Origin: a virus | DNA length: 64,000 nt | Reading direction: 5' to 3' (one strand) | Virus record (IMG/VR): IMGVR_UViG_3300037483_000594 | Span: 32,001 to 96,000 of that record | Shown here: positions 9,817 to 18,900 of the stretch, piece by piece | How the letters are laid out: every line of letters begins with the position of its first letter | Numbering within the stretch: position 1 is the first letter of the stretch | Translations under genes and position numbers: made by a program | The notes under the pieces: generated by a model | What the model saw: only the letters and a program-made list of their open reading frames with translations | Told to the model about the DNA's origin: nothing | Databases searched by the model: none

Positions 9817-10574
9817 CACAGTTACATGAGGTACTGGCGGTTGAAGGGGACTTGGCGAAGACGGCCAAGAAGATCGGTGAGGAGACGGTCAACACGTTCT
9901 CCAAGAAGGGGGCGCACTTCTTGGGGCACCACAAGACGCTGACGATGTTTGCTGAAGACCGCCAGCAGGAGGCGGAAGGGGCAGAGGACAGCAAGACTAT
10001 CGTCGAGACCGTACCGGACAAGCTCCGGTATACCGCCAAAAGCTTCGAGCGTTTCTGGGCCTGCATCCTACAGAAGGAGGCCACCAACCAGGTAGCAAAG
10101 GCCGACCTGGAGGTCGACGGCATGTTGCTGGGGAGCGACCTCCCAGCGACCTTCCTTCTGGGCATGGAGCATCGCCTGGTCGAGTTCCGAAACGTCATCG
10201 CCGCGGCTCCCACGCACGAGCCCGGGGTGGAGTGGGTCAAGGACCCGGACTCGGGAGCGGACGTATTCCGCTCCAAGACGCCTATTCTCACCAAGCGCGA
10301 AGAGAAGACCATGGCCTCGAAGGTGCTCTACGAGGCCACCAAAGAGCACCCGGCGCAGATCGAGCGCTGGAGTGAGAACCAGGCGGTGGGTGTGTACAAG
10401 CTCACCAAGTGGACGGCCACGGTGTCTCCGGCCAAGAAGGCCGAGCTCCTGGAGCGCTGTGATGCTCTGATCCAAGCCGTGAAGAAGGCGAGGCAACGCG
10501 CCAACAAAGCGCAGGTCGTCAAGCAAACTGCCGCGCGCGCGATGCTTGACTTCGTTCTCGGAGACATGGCATAG
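9813..10574 (+). CDS. conserved helical/coiled-coil phage protein directly upstream of tRNA-like ncRNA
   Basis: LHEVLAVE...KEATNQVAKAD...LPATFLL...TKEHPAQI...AVKKARQRAN; AAGGAG RBS. Confidence 0.8.
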   Translation: MTQLHEVLAVEGDLAKTAKKIGEETVNTFSKKGAHFLGHHKTLTMFAEDRQQEAEGAEDSKTIVETVPDKLRYTAKSFERFWACILQKEATNQVAKADLEVDGMLLGSDLPATFLLGMEHRLVEFRNVIAAAPTHEPGVEWVKDPDSGADVFRSKTPILTKREEKTMASKVLYEATKEHPAQIERWSENQAVGVYKLTKWTATVSPAKKAELLERCDALIQAVKKARQRANKAQVVKQTAARAMLDFVLGDMA

Positions 10575-10904
10575 TTCTCTTGGTCCAGCGTTAGCACGGT
10601 TCTTTCAGCTTTATTCGCGTCAGTTAGCTTGTTGACCAACAGCGTGACGAGGAAAGGCCGAGTGCAAAGGCAGCTTCAAATGTTCCGATGAGGAACACCC
10701 GAAGGTTGCCGGTTCGAGTCCGACACGCGGAACCTGGCTGGACATAAATTCCGCGTTAGCTCAATGGAAGAGCGTCGGTTGTTAGCATAAGGAGATGTCG
10801 TGCGCGCGGAGCCGTAAACACCTCAAACAGAATCCAAGGCCACACGGTGGCTTTAGAGTCTGATAGACGGCCCACAGAAGGTGATCTGTGGGCCGTCGCC
10901 TTTT
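10575..10904 (+). ncRNA. structured ncRNA containing a circularly permuted tRNA-like (YrlA/Y RNA-like) domain at 10699-10778
   Basis: T arm GCCGG-TTCGAGT-CCGAC (10708-10724); acceptor-like hairpin ACGCGGAA/TTCCGCGT (10725-10756); D arm GCTC-AATGGAA-GAGC (10759-10773); closing CCGA/TCGG stem; terminator at 3' end. Confidence 0.8.
10866..10904 (+). terminator. intrinsic terminator ending the ncRNA
   Basis: GACGGCCCACAGA-AGGTGA-TCTGTGGGCCGTC perfect 13-bp stem + GCCTTTT. Confidence 0.8.
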
Positions 10905-10911
10905 AAGGAGA

Positions 10912-11388
10912 ATGATGAAGGAACTAGTTCGGAAGGTGAAGCGGGTGCGGAGACGCGTCTGCCGGGGCACCAGAGTCTCCGTCACTGTTTCGGAGACAGC
11001 AAAGGGGCCATTCGCCTCTGTCAAGATTAGGGCGGATGATCTTGAGGTGGTCGGCTCTCCGCACCTCGTGTACACCGCAGCCAGAGGCGCGGAGAACATC
11101 AAAGCTCTCCTGCAGGCTCTGGACTGCGCAGCAGCTCAGCTCCGTAAGCTCACAGCCCCGGCGGAAGATGTCGAAGCCCTCGTGCGCGCCAGCCTCGATG
11201 CCCTGTCAGCGATGTGCAGCGGCGACTTCGCGAACTTCGCCCTCATGCGATGTATCGTGCAGGGCGAGCCCTCTGCCGCTATCGTCGTCCTGAACACCGA
11301 GGGGACGGTAACCAAGGTCACCCCAATGTTCGTAGCCTTAACACCCACCATGAGCATAACCGACCCAGAAGGAATCCCCCCTTCGTAA
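10912..11388 (+). CDS. hypothetical protein
   Basis: AAGGAG RBS before ATG. Confidence 0.55.
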   Translation: MMKELVRKVKRVRRRVCRGTRVSVTVSETAKGPFASVKIRADDLEVVGSPHLVYTAARGAENIKALLQALDCAAAQLRKLTAPAEDVEALVRASLDALSAMCSGDFANFALMRCIVQGEPSAAIVVLNTEGTVTKVTPMFVALTPTMSITDPEGIPPS

Positions 11389-11395
11389 CTCCATC

Positions 11396-11424
11396 GCCCA
11401 GGTCCACATAGTGTGGGCCTGGGC
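11396..11424 (+). terminator. stem-loop after gene
   Basis: GCCCAGGTCCACA-TAG-TGTGGGCCTGGGC. Confidence 0.6.
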
Positions 11425-11429
11425 AACCT

Positions 11430-12110
11430 TCCCCAGTTAGACGATCTTTTTTAGCCATCTTGCCGTAGTTGAAATACTGATCACACCGTAACAGTACGAT
11501 ATCACAGCGCTAACATCATGTACTACGCTACAGTCAATTTACACATATTTGTAACGCGTCGTAATTGTTGAGTTCTGCTCGTGTGCTACACTGATCAACT
11601 GCAATTGATCAGTGATCAGTGTGTGTTTCGCAAGTGCTTGTAATCTGTTGGAGGGCAAAAGTGAGACTGATCACCGATGAGGTCTACAGGCCACAGATTT
11701 TGAAAATGTGGGAAGCTTATTTTCGGCGTAGTTCGCTCTGCATTTTAAAAAGTAACGTGTAAATGCTCCAAAACTGATCAGTTGATAAGTGAAGGGACGT
11801 CGACGATTCTGCTATAAGCATTTGTACGCATTAGCTTTTTAGCAAGACTGATCAAAAAAACTGATCAATCCTTCCGGTGTGCTGAGCGTGTAGCGTGTGT
11901 AGTGGAGATACAGCACATGCGGAAGGGGGGTGGGTGTGTGACGCTGTTGTCGATGAGGGGGTTCGGAGGGTGGTGTTTTGGGGTGTGTGTATTGTGTTAA
12001 TGAATATATGAGTTTTATTAATGTATTTATATATATTTTAACTTAACTACTATTCATTAAAACAACTAAACAACTACACAAGAGGTGTAGGTGTTTACCA
12101 TATAGGAGAA
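11430..12110. other. candidate replication origin or genome terminus/packaging region
   Basis: ~700-bp ORF-free, low-GC region; repeats, G/T-rich tract, AT-rich core flanked by TTAATGAATA/TATTCATTAA inverted repeat (11997-12060). Confidence 0.55.
11476..11867. repeat. cluster of eight ACTGATCA motifs (iteron/operator-like)
   Basis: TGATCA cores at 11478, 11592, 11606, 11613, 11668, 11775, 11849, 11862; each extends to ACTGATCA on one strand. Confidence 0.85.
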
Positions 12111-12113
12111 CGC

Positions 12114-12719
12114 ATGTACGAGTTACCAGACGGTACGCAGGTCGACGGGATGGACATGGTGAGGCTGGTGCGTTGGTTGGAGGCGGCGGGTGTTCTTTTC
12201 GAGTGGACAGTCTCCGGATCTCCGGACGCGAGTGTTGAGGAAGCGATGACCGCTATCCGGAGAAGGTTTCAGAGAGAGGACCTGGAGCGGAGTGCGAACT
12301 GGTGGTCGGTGCAGTCCAGTACGGAGTGGGAGTACCTGCCGTTCACTGAGGGGTCTCCGCAGCAGTTCCTGTTGGGGCACTCCGCCCCTGGGCTAAGAAA
12401 CGTGTTTGAGCGGTATAAGGAGGAAGACGAGCTTTGCCTACTGTCGGTGGTACCCAAGCTCGTGCGTGTCACCGTCAGCATGTACGGATACGACGTCGAC
12501 TCTGTTTTTGGTGACAGGGCACCGAGGGATCAGCGAAAGTGCAGGCTCATCTCCGCACTGTACGGGTTCCCGGCAGAGGACCTTACCACACAGGAGGTGG
12601 CGCAGGCGAGGTCGGAACTAGGGCTCGTGGGCACCGCTATTCTTCGGGAATGGTGCGGGCAGGACTGTGAGGACCCAGAGGTAGAGCACGCGCGAGCCGT
12701 GCTTTTCGATAAGGAGTGA
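12114..12719 (+). CDS. hypothetical protein
   Basis: AGGAG RBS. Confidence 0.65.
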   Translation: MYELPDGTQVDGMDMVRLVRWLEAAGVLFEWTVSGSPDASVEEAMTAIRRRFQREDLERSANWWSVQSSTEWEYLPFTEGSPQQFLLGHSAPGLRNVFERYKEEDELCLLSVVPKLVRVTVSMYGYDVDSVFGDRAPRDQRKCRLISALYGFPAEDLTTQEVAQARSELGLVGTAILREWCGQDCEDPEVEHARAVLFDKE

Positions 12720-13267
12720 CGATGGCGAGTCTAGGTGAGCTGCGCAAGTGGTCTGAGTGGTCGGACCCTCCTGGGTGTGAGGGCGAGGCGGACGACGCGT
12801 CTGTTGTTGTTCACGACAACGGAGACGTGAGCCTGGATGGAGAAACGGTCTTTACCTCTCCGCGGCAGAGCTGGGGGCGCTGGCTTGCAACGGAGGGGCT
12901 TCTCCCCGGGGTCAAGGTGCTACGCCCCAACTGCAAAGGGTGGGCGGAGGAGGTGGTGGACAGCGAGGTCATGCAGAGCATGCGGGGTGCGCTGTCTCGG
13001 TTTCTTGGGACGCTGTGGACAAAGGCGCGAAAGCTCGGGGTTGAGCCCATGACCCAGTTCGATAACCGGTTTTTGGTTGAACGGTTGTTGGTGCTGGACG
13101 CGCTCACGCGGCTGTACCATGAGGCGGGGCGCCTCTCCAAGCTTACCGGGCTACAGGTGCTTGTGACTAGCACAGCAACCACCGACGCTCACTATGCCTG
13201 TGAGGAGCTTTCGTCCCTGCGCGCTTCGATGGAAAGGATGCTGGAAGGAGCTGGCCATGCAGACTGA
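12716..13267 (+). CDS. hypothetical protein
   Basis: Overlap with previous stop; AAGGAG upstream. Confidence 0.6.
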   Translation: MTMASLGELRKWSEWSDPPGCEGEADDASVVVHDNGDVSLDGETVFTSPRQSWGRWLATEGLLPGVKVLRPNCKGWAEEVVDSEVMQSMRGALSRFLGTLWTKARKLGVEPMTQFDNRFLVERLLVLDALTRLYHEAGRLSKLTGLQVLVTSTATTDAHYACEELSSLRASMERMLEGAGHAD

Positions 13268-13547
13268 CTTGGACCTGTGTCTTGGCTACGTAGGCTCCCT
13301 CTACGGGCAGTGCGGTCTCTCCGGAGAGAACGTGTCCGGGAAGTGCTGCTGTGGGCTGTACTGGCAGTACACCATGCCTCCGCACTCTCCCACTGGGGAG
13401 GTCTACCCGCAGGAGCTGGTGGAGCGCTTCGACAAGCGCAAGAGGATCTCGGTGGAGACCAGGCTACGCAGAGAGCGTGACGCGCGCGAACAAGAGGCTG
13501 CACGGAAGCGCACGTTGACTGTCCACCTTCGCCAAGAACGGAGGTAG
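13257..13547 (+). CDS. hypothetical protein
   Basis: AAGGAG RBS. Confidence 0.5.
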   Translation: MQTDLDLCLGYVGSLYGQCGLSGENVSGKCCCGLYWQYTMPPHSPTGEVYPQELVERFDKRKRISVETRLRRERDAREQEAARKRTLTVHLRQERR

Positions 13548-13549
13548 GT

Positions 13550-14794
13550 GTGCCGTTCAAAGTGAGAATTCATGCTCGACCGATACCGTTCAAAAGCAGC
13601 CGGCTTCGCGAAGCAGCGTTCCTCGTGAAGAGATACAGCTACATGACTCGGGCTGTGCGCAAAGCGCTTGGGACTATGCTAGCCGTGCGCAGCAGTGGGT
13701 TTTTTGTCAAGATGGCGTCGACGGCGACCATGGCGGCTGAAATACTAGACGACCTCACAGGGGACGAGAACATGTTGCTTCGTGACATGGGATATCAGTA
13801 TCTTACCATGTTTTCCTGTAACGAAAGGTTGTGGTCCAACATGCTCGTCGCGTCTGCACTGCCGCGAACAAAAGTCGGTGCTGTAGTGTTTTTCGGGGAC
13901 GACCGCGAGCTGGCAGTGCCTTTTTGTGAGGACATGCCAAGCGCAGGACCTTACGTAAGGGATGACGACGCACTTGTGTTGTTGCGCGCAATGGCCTGGG
14001 ATGCTGGGACCGATCTCGCGCTTGTGAAGCAAGACGAAAACCTCGACCTCGTGCCCACCGCTCCTGTGGGGGACTACATAGGTGAGCCTTCTGTGGCTGT
14101 GCTCGCGGACAGAGTCCGCAAGTTCGGAGACACCCCTCGTACTGTGATGATCGAGGGACCGTCGCGTGTTGGAAAAACCGTGTTTGCACGTCGGCTGGTC
14201 CGCGAACTAGGCTTCTCGTCCAATACGCTTTTGGTCACGGTTAAGATCCTCTCCGAAACCCCCACTGAGGTGCTTCTTGACCTTGTGAACGTGTTGCAGC
14301 CAACGGTCGTTTTGGTTGACGATATCAGCTACAACACCACGCCGACCTTGCTGCACGCGCTCGAAACTCTCAGGACCAGGTCGTCGCTGACCATCTTGAC
14401 CAGGATGACTGATTCGGCTGCCCCTCGAGCTCGAGGGGACCGGTACATGGAAGGGCTCGCCCCGGGGCGTATAGATGAGGTCTGGGTGTTGCCGTACCCG
14501 GACTCCAAGAACCGTGACCTGATTCTGCGGTTCTACTACCAAAAACACAGTGTTCCCTTACCAGTGGCGCAAGGCGAGATTGTGAAACGAACAGCAGGGT
14601 TGACAGGAGGCTACCTTGCGGAGGTGGCGTACAGGCTATCCCTGTTCGGAGAGCAGGAGCTGCTCGAGCGTGAGCTGGACCAGGTGCTGTGGCAAGCTCC
14701 ACCCGCGAAGGGTGACGGAGGTGCGAATGAAGAAGGCGTGTGTCCAGTGCAAGTACTGGGTGAACTCAAGGAACGAGACAGGGATGTGCCGTAG
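13550..14794 (+). CDS. AAA+ family ATPase
   Basis: Walker A GPSRVGKT, Walker B VVLVDD, PGRID arginine-finger region, TAGLTGGYLAE. Confidence 0.85.
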   Translation: MPFKVRIHARPIPFKSSRLREAAFLVKRYSYMTRAVRKALGTMLAVRSSGFFVKMASTATMAAEILDDLTGDENMLLRDMGYQYLTMFSCNERLWSNMLVASALPRTKVGAVVFFGDDRELAVPFCEDMPSAGPYVRDDDALVLLRAMAWDAGTDLALVKQDENLDLVPTAPVGDYIGEPSVAVLADRVRKFGDTPRTVMIEGPSRVGKTVFARRLVRELGFSSNTLLVTVKILSETPTEVLLDLVNVLQPTVVLVDDISYNTTPTLLHALETLRTRSSLTILTRMTDSAAPRARGDRYMEGLAPGRIDEVWVLPYPDSKNRDLILRFYYQKHSVPLPVAQGEIVKRTAGLTGGYLAEVAYRLSLFGEQELLERELDQVLWQAPPAKGDGGANEEGVCPVQVLGELKERDRDVP

Positions 14795-14909
14795 GTACCC
14801 CCCGCGGCAACAGGACATGGGCATGGCGGCTTGGCCTGTCACATCCAGCAGTGGGTGGTGCGGAGAGTTCGTTCTCAAGGAGGCTGAGGTTGCTCCAAAG
14901 GTGCCGTGA
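14727..14909 (+). CDS. small Cys-rich phage protein
   Basis: CxxCxYW...CRRYPP...WP...WCGEF; GGAGG RBS. Confidence 0.6.
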   Translation: MKKACVQCKYWVNSRNETGMCRRYPPRQQDMGMAAWPVTSSSGWCGEFVLKEAEVAPKVP

Positions 14910-14935
14910 GTGGTACGGTCTCTCCGGAGGTTCAG

Positions 14936-15481
14936 ATGCGGATACTTGTTTTCCTTGTTGTTTTAGCACTCCCGGTTACTGCGCACGCGGAGTGCTATGA
15001 GGAGGTTCGTGCAGCCGCGCACAAGCTTCAGCCTTGGTACGCCGTGCGGAGCATGCCTTGGAGGGCCGCGCACCTCGATAAGCTCTCAAGGGCTGTGTGT
15101 GCGGCTTCCGCGGAGACCGGGGTCAGCCCGCTGCTTGCGATTGCGGTGGCGAGGCGTGAGTCTTCGCTGCTGCCCAGGGTCGGGCTCGGAAAGAAGGTCG
15201 GGTCGCGGGGAGAGCAGGGGTACTTCCAGGTGCTTCCGGGGAGCCCGGCCGCGCGCCTTGGGGCGTGTGACCAAACGGAGCCGGCGTGCAACGCTCTGTC
15301 GGCGCTACGCTACATGCGTGCTCTGCAGACGAGGTGCGGAGAGGACCCTTGGGTGTGGGTTGGGGCTTACGGGGCCGGGCACTGTCCAACGCCCCTGGAG
15401 GCCAGGAGGTGGGGGGTGGTGCGGGTTGCACGGCGGTTCTACTGCGAGGTGGCTGACTGCGACACAGGGTGGCCGCTGTGA
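14936..15481 (+). CDS. secreted lytic transglycosylase (SLT-like), candidate endolysin
   Basis: Signal peptide MRILVFLVVLALPVTAHA; catalytic RESS, GYFQV, AYGAG motifs. Confidence 0.8.
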   Translation: MRILVFLVVLALPVTAHAECYEEVRAAAHKLQPWYAVRSMPWRAAHLDKLSRAVCAASAETGVSPLLAIAVARRESSLLPRVGLGKKVGSRGEQGYFQVLPGSPAARLGACDQTEPACNALSALRYMRALQTRCGEDPWVWVGAYGAGHCPTPLEARRWGVVRVARRFYCEVADCDTGWPL

Positions 15482-15681
15482 GCCCTACGGACCAAACCGC
15501 GCAGTTGCTGGACAGGGGGGTGAACAACGTGCTCAAGCAGCTCACCCGCATAGCGGACGCACTGTCCGCTAAGAGGTCTATCGAAGAGGCCGAGGACCTT
15601 GGGCGTGCTGCAGCGCGTGCCTTCTACGCAGAGCTGAAGCGGCTTGTTGCCGAAGACAGGAGGGAAGATGCTGGTGGTTAG
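15478..15681 (+). CDS. hypothetical protein
   Basis: GTGA overlap. Confidence 0.45.
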   Translation: MSPTDQTAQLLDRGVNNVLKQLTRIADALSAKRSIEEAEDLGRAAARAFYAELKRLVAEDRREDAGG

Positions 15682-15850
15682 CACACTCAAGGTAAAACAC
15701 GACGATAAGGAGACCGAGCTTATCGTGAGCTCTACTGGGAACTCGGTTCGACATGTAACCTTGGAGTTCTGCGGGAAGTCGGTGATAGTGCATGCCGCGG
15801 AGCTGAAGGCGGCTGTGGACAACGCGACGAACACTGCGCGTTACGGTTGA
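15668..15850 (+). CDS. hypothetical protein
   Basis: GGAGGG RBS. Confidence 0.5.
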   Translation: MLVVSTLKVKHDDKETELIVSSTGNSVRHVTLEFCGKSVIVHAAELKAAVDNATNTARYG

Positions 15851-15863
15851 TCCTGGTATGCTG

Positions 15864-15890
15864 AAGGGGGCCTTCCCCCTTTTTAGCCCT
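15864..15890 (+). terminator. hairpin + TTTAGC terminator
   Basis: AAGGGGG-CCTT-CCCCCTT-TTTAGCCC. Confidence 0.6.
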
Positions 15891-15900
15891 GTAGGTGCGC

Positions 15901-18900
15901 ATGGCAACTCCGTACCCGCTTCGACTTCGTGGCTTTCTTGAGGGCGTTGAGGTGCCGATTGTGGCGGCAACGGTCACGGTGGCCATGGACGCCCCGGCGC
16001 AGTGCGCCGTGCAGCTCCCCGCGACCGACAAGGCACTGGAGTTCTTACCGCGTACGCTTGTGCACATCTTTTTCAACGTCGGGGAGATGACAGCGCCTCC
16101 CACGCTGACTGTGGAGGGCGAGGAGGAGGCGGAGCAGGTAACTGCCTTCAACGAGTCAGAGGCTATTGTCTTCTCCGAAGAGGAGGCCGTGGCCTCGGAC
16201 ACGAGCGCTGAGCAGCTCGCCGGGCCTGTGGCCGAGACCCCGCCCGGGGGTGTGGATCTGCAGGAGAACCCGTTTGACGACGACGCACAGTGGAAGCTGT
16301 TTTTTGCGGGGGAGGTCACTGGGTACCAGCTCGTCAAGCGGTTTAACCAGCGCGCCCTGGTGTTGCAGTGCCTGGACCTTTCCAACTACTGGGACACCTG
16401 TTACCAGTACCAGGTCAACGTCTCCAACATCTTCGGAGACGGGGTTGCGAGCTTCGTGGGCGCGGGGGAAAGTGTTTTTGACACCTTCTTCGAGAGTGCA
16501 ACCTCTTCCATAATCGACATCGTGCAGAGGCGTTCCTTCTCACGCCCGGAGCTCGGTGGGCTCCTTGGCGGGATAGTGCACCTGCTCGAGCGGGTGGGAG
16601 GTGTCTACGGTTCTCGTGGGTTCCGGGGAGTGAACGACTTTTTCACGCTGGCCGAACTGCGACTGCACCTCGTCGACATGATCGGCGCCAGTGAGGACGA
16701 CACCTCCTCGCAACGTCTGTTTCCGGCACGTGCGTACAACGCGTGGACCAGACGGGAGGGCGGGCAGCTCCCCAAGATCGCTTCTTTCCGGGACATGTTG
16801 AACCTTGTCAACAAGTTCATATTCCACGCTGTGGCCCCCAACCCCATAGCGAGGTACGAGTCTCCGTCCGAGTACCAACGGTCCAGGAGCAGGACAGTCG
16901 AGACCGGTGGGCGCCCCCAGACCTTCTTGGAATCTCCGCAGTGGGTGAACATAAACAACCGGATAAACTCGGCGCTCTCGACCCTGCAACGGTACCAGCA
17001 GTCAACGGCCCCGGTGAGCCGGAACGGGCTGTCACGTAGCATGGGTCAGCTTGCCTCGACCATACGTTCGATAAAAGACAGCGCAGTCGCAGCGCAGAAC
17101 TCTTCGACGACACCCCAGAACCCGGGGCAGGGGGTGCCCATCCAGTCAAGGTTGCACAGAGCTGGCACGCACGTTCAGTCTCTAGCGACAATGCTCTCCT
17201 CGTTTGAAGAGAACGATCGAGTCATCGTCACGCTTCGCGCAGGAAATACGTTTGAGTACGCCGCTTTTTTTCGACGGCAGTCGGTGAGCGCTACTATCAC
17301 CGAGGCTTTCGACGAGCTGGCCCAAGCGTCGGCGTCTCTGACCTCGCTTTCCGGGAGTGCGACTGCTACGCGCAGTGCCACGCGGACCACCACAGAGACG
17401 GTACGGCGCGGGGGGAGATTGTACTCACAGATTATCCGCCCAGACATCTTTATGGTGCCCCCTCCTCGCTGTAACGTGCTCTTCCCCGAGCTGTACTCGT
17501 CGTTCCAGTCCGAAAAGCAGTGGCTTCGGATGGTCACGCGGATGCGCATGACCATGAGCGACGAGCTCTTCGGTCCCAACATGCTGTTGGACAGCGTGTA
17601 CTTCGCGCCGAACATGCCGGTGCTGGGGGCGAGGCTCAGGCAAGGGTCTGTGGACGATCGCTCTACAGACATGTCTCTCCGCACTGTGGCCTACGGGCGA
17701 AGGTTGATGGAGCACGAGCTGTTGACGGGTCCCATCCCTGTTTTTGAAAGGATGAACGACATCAACGTACTGGCGGCAAGGCAGCAAGGCACCACTGTGC
17801 GTGGGGCGCGTTTGTCCTACGTAGACCGCGCGGTCAACCACCAGTTCATAAAGCACAGGGTCAGCCCGCACACCGCCAACATCGAAGGTCCGTTCAACCC
17901 GTTTTTGGTGTGTGGGTTCCCGGCGCTGCTTATCGACCGTGCCATGACCGGGGAGCAGGTGGCGCTCTCCAACCTGCGCGGAAACGAACTTCTCGAGGCT
18001 GCGCAGCTTCGGAACTGGGCTGGGTTGATCGAGGGGACACGCGCCGCGAGTGAGCAGGATGAGGCTGCCCTGGAGGCCTGGCTGGCGCTCAGGGAGACAG
18101 TGCCCACACAGCACCTTGGCATGATCGACTCTATCCAGCATACGGTAAGCAACGACAGTGGGCGTACCGCTGTGACCCTGAGCCACGTCCGGACGCACAG
18201 GGACAACGACGAGCTCCTTGGGGCGAACGTGGTCAACGTCGCGCGCAGAGACGCTACACAGACCACCGCGCAGACCACCGTGGCGGCTTTGGAGACGGAC
18301 CCACCTGTTGTGGGGGCGCTCGGCCCAGGCTACGGGGAGCTGACAGAGGTCGAACGGCTGGACACCACCTCGGGACAGTACAAGTTGTACGGCACGTTTT
18401 CGGGGTCTGGGCCAAGACGGTTCGACTCTTTCGTGCAGGTGGGAGTGACCCAGGCAGCGCACCTGTACGGCCCGGAGGTGGTGACCTTGGTCGGGGCCCG
18501 GGACACGCAGGTGACCTTCCGGGCGTACAGGGTGACCGAGAGCATAGACCGTGTCACTGACCGGAGTGTGGTAGTGCCTTTCGAGCAGTGGGTACGCCCA
18601 CCCTGGATGAGCGATGTCTGGGCGAACGACCGTATCGGGGGTGTGTACCAGCAGCTCTTTGGCACCGGGTCTCTCACGGACCCGCTCTCCGTTATCTTTG
18701 ACCGCACCGAGGCCACCGAGGAAGACGCCAGTGTGCAGGACCCCCTTGGGGAAGGGCGTACCCACCAGAGCGCCGGGATGGAGATCAGCGTGGAGCGGGC
18801 TGTCGACCTTGCCGTGCGGACGTACAGTCAGGTCGTTCACTCCGGCCTCAACGTCATGGAACTCGTGCGCAGCTACGTCTGGCGCCCGATTGCTACCCTT

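Noticed and set aside
10699-10790. Canonical tRNA gene (e.g. tRNA-Asn)
   Set aside because: The 3' half precedes the 5' half, there is no closed anticodon loop, and no encoded CCA; it cannot fold as a linear tRNA.
10575-10904. Permuted two-piece tmRNA
   Set aside because: The acceptor stem is TCCGCGT/ACGCGGA with no Ala G-U identity, a full D arm is present, and no tag ORF is evident.
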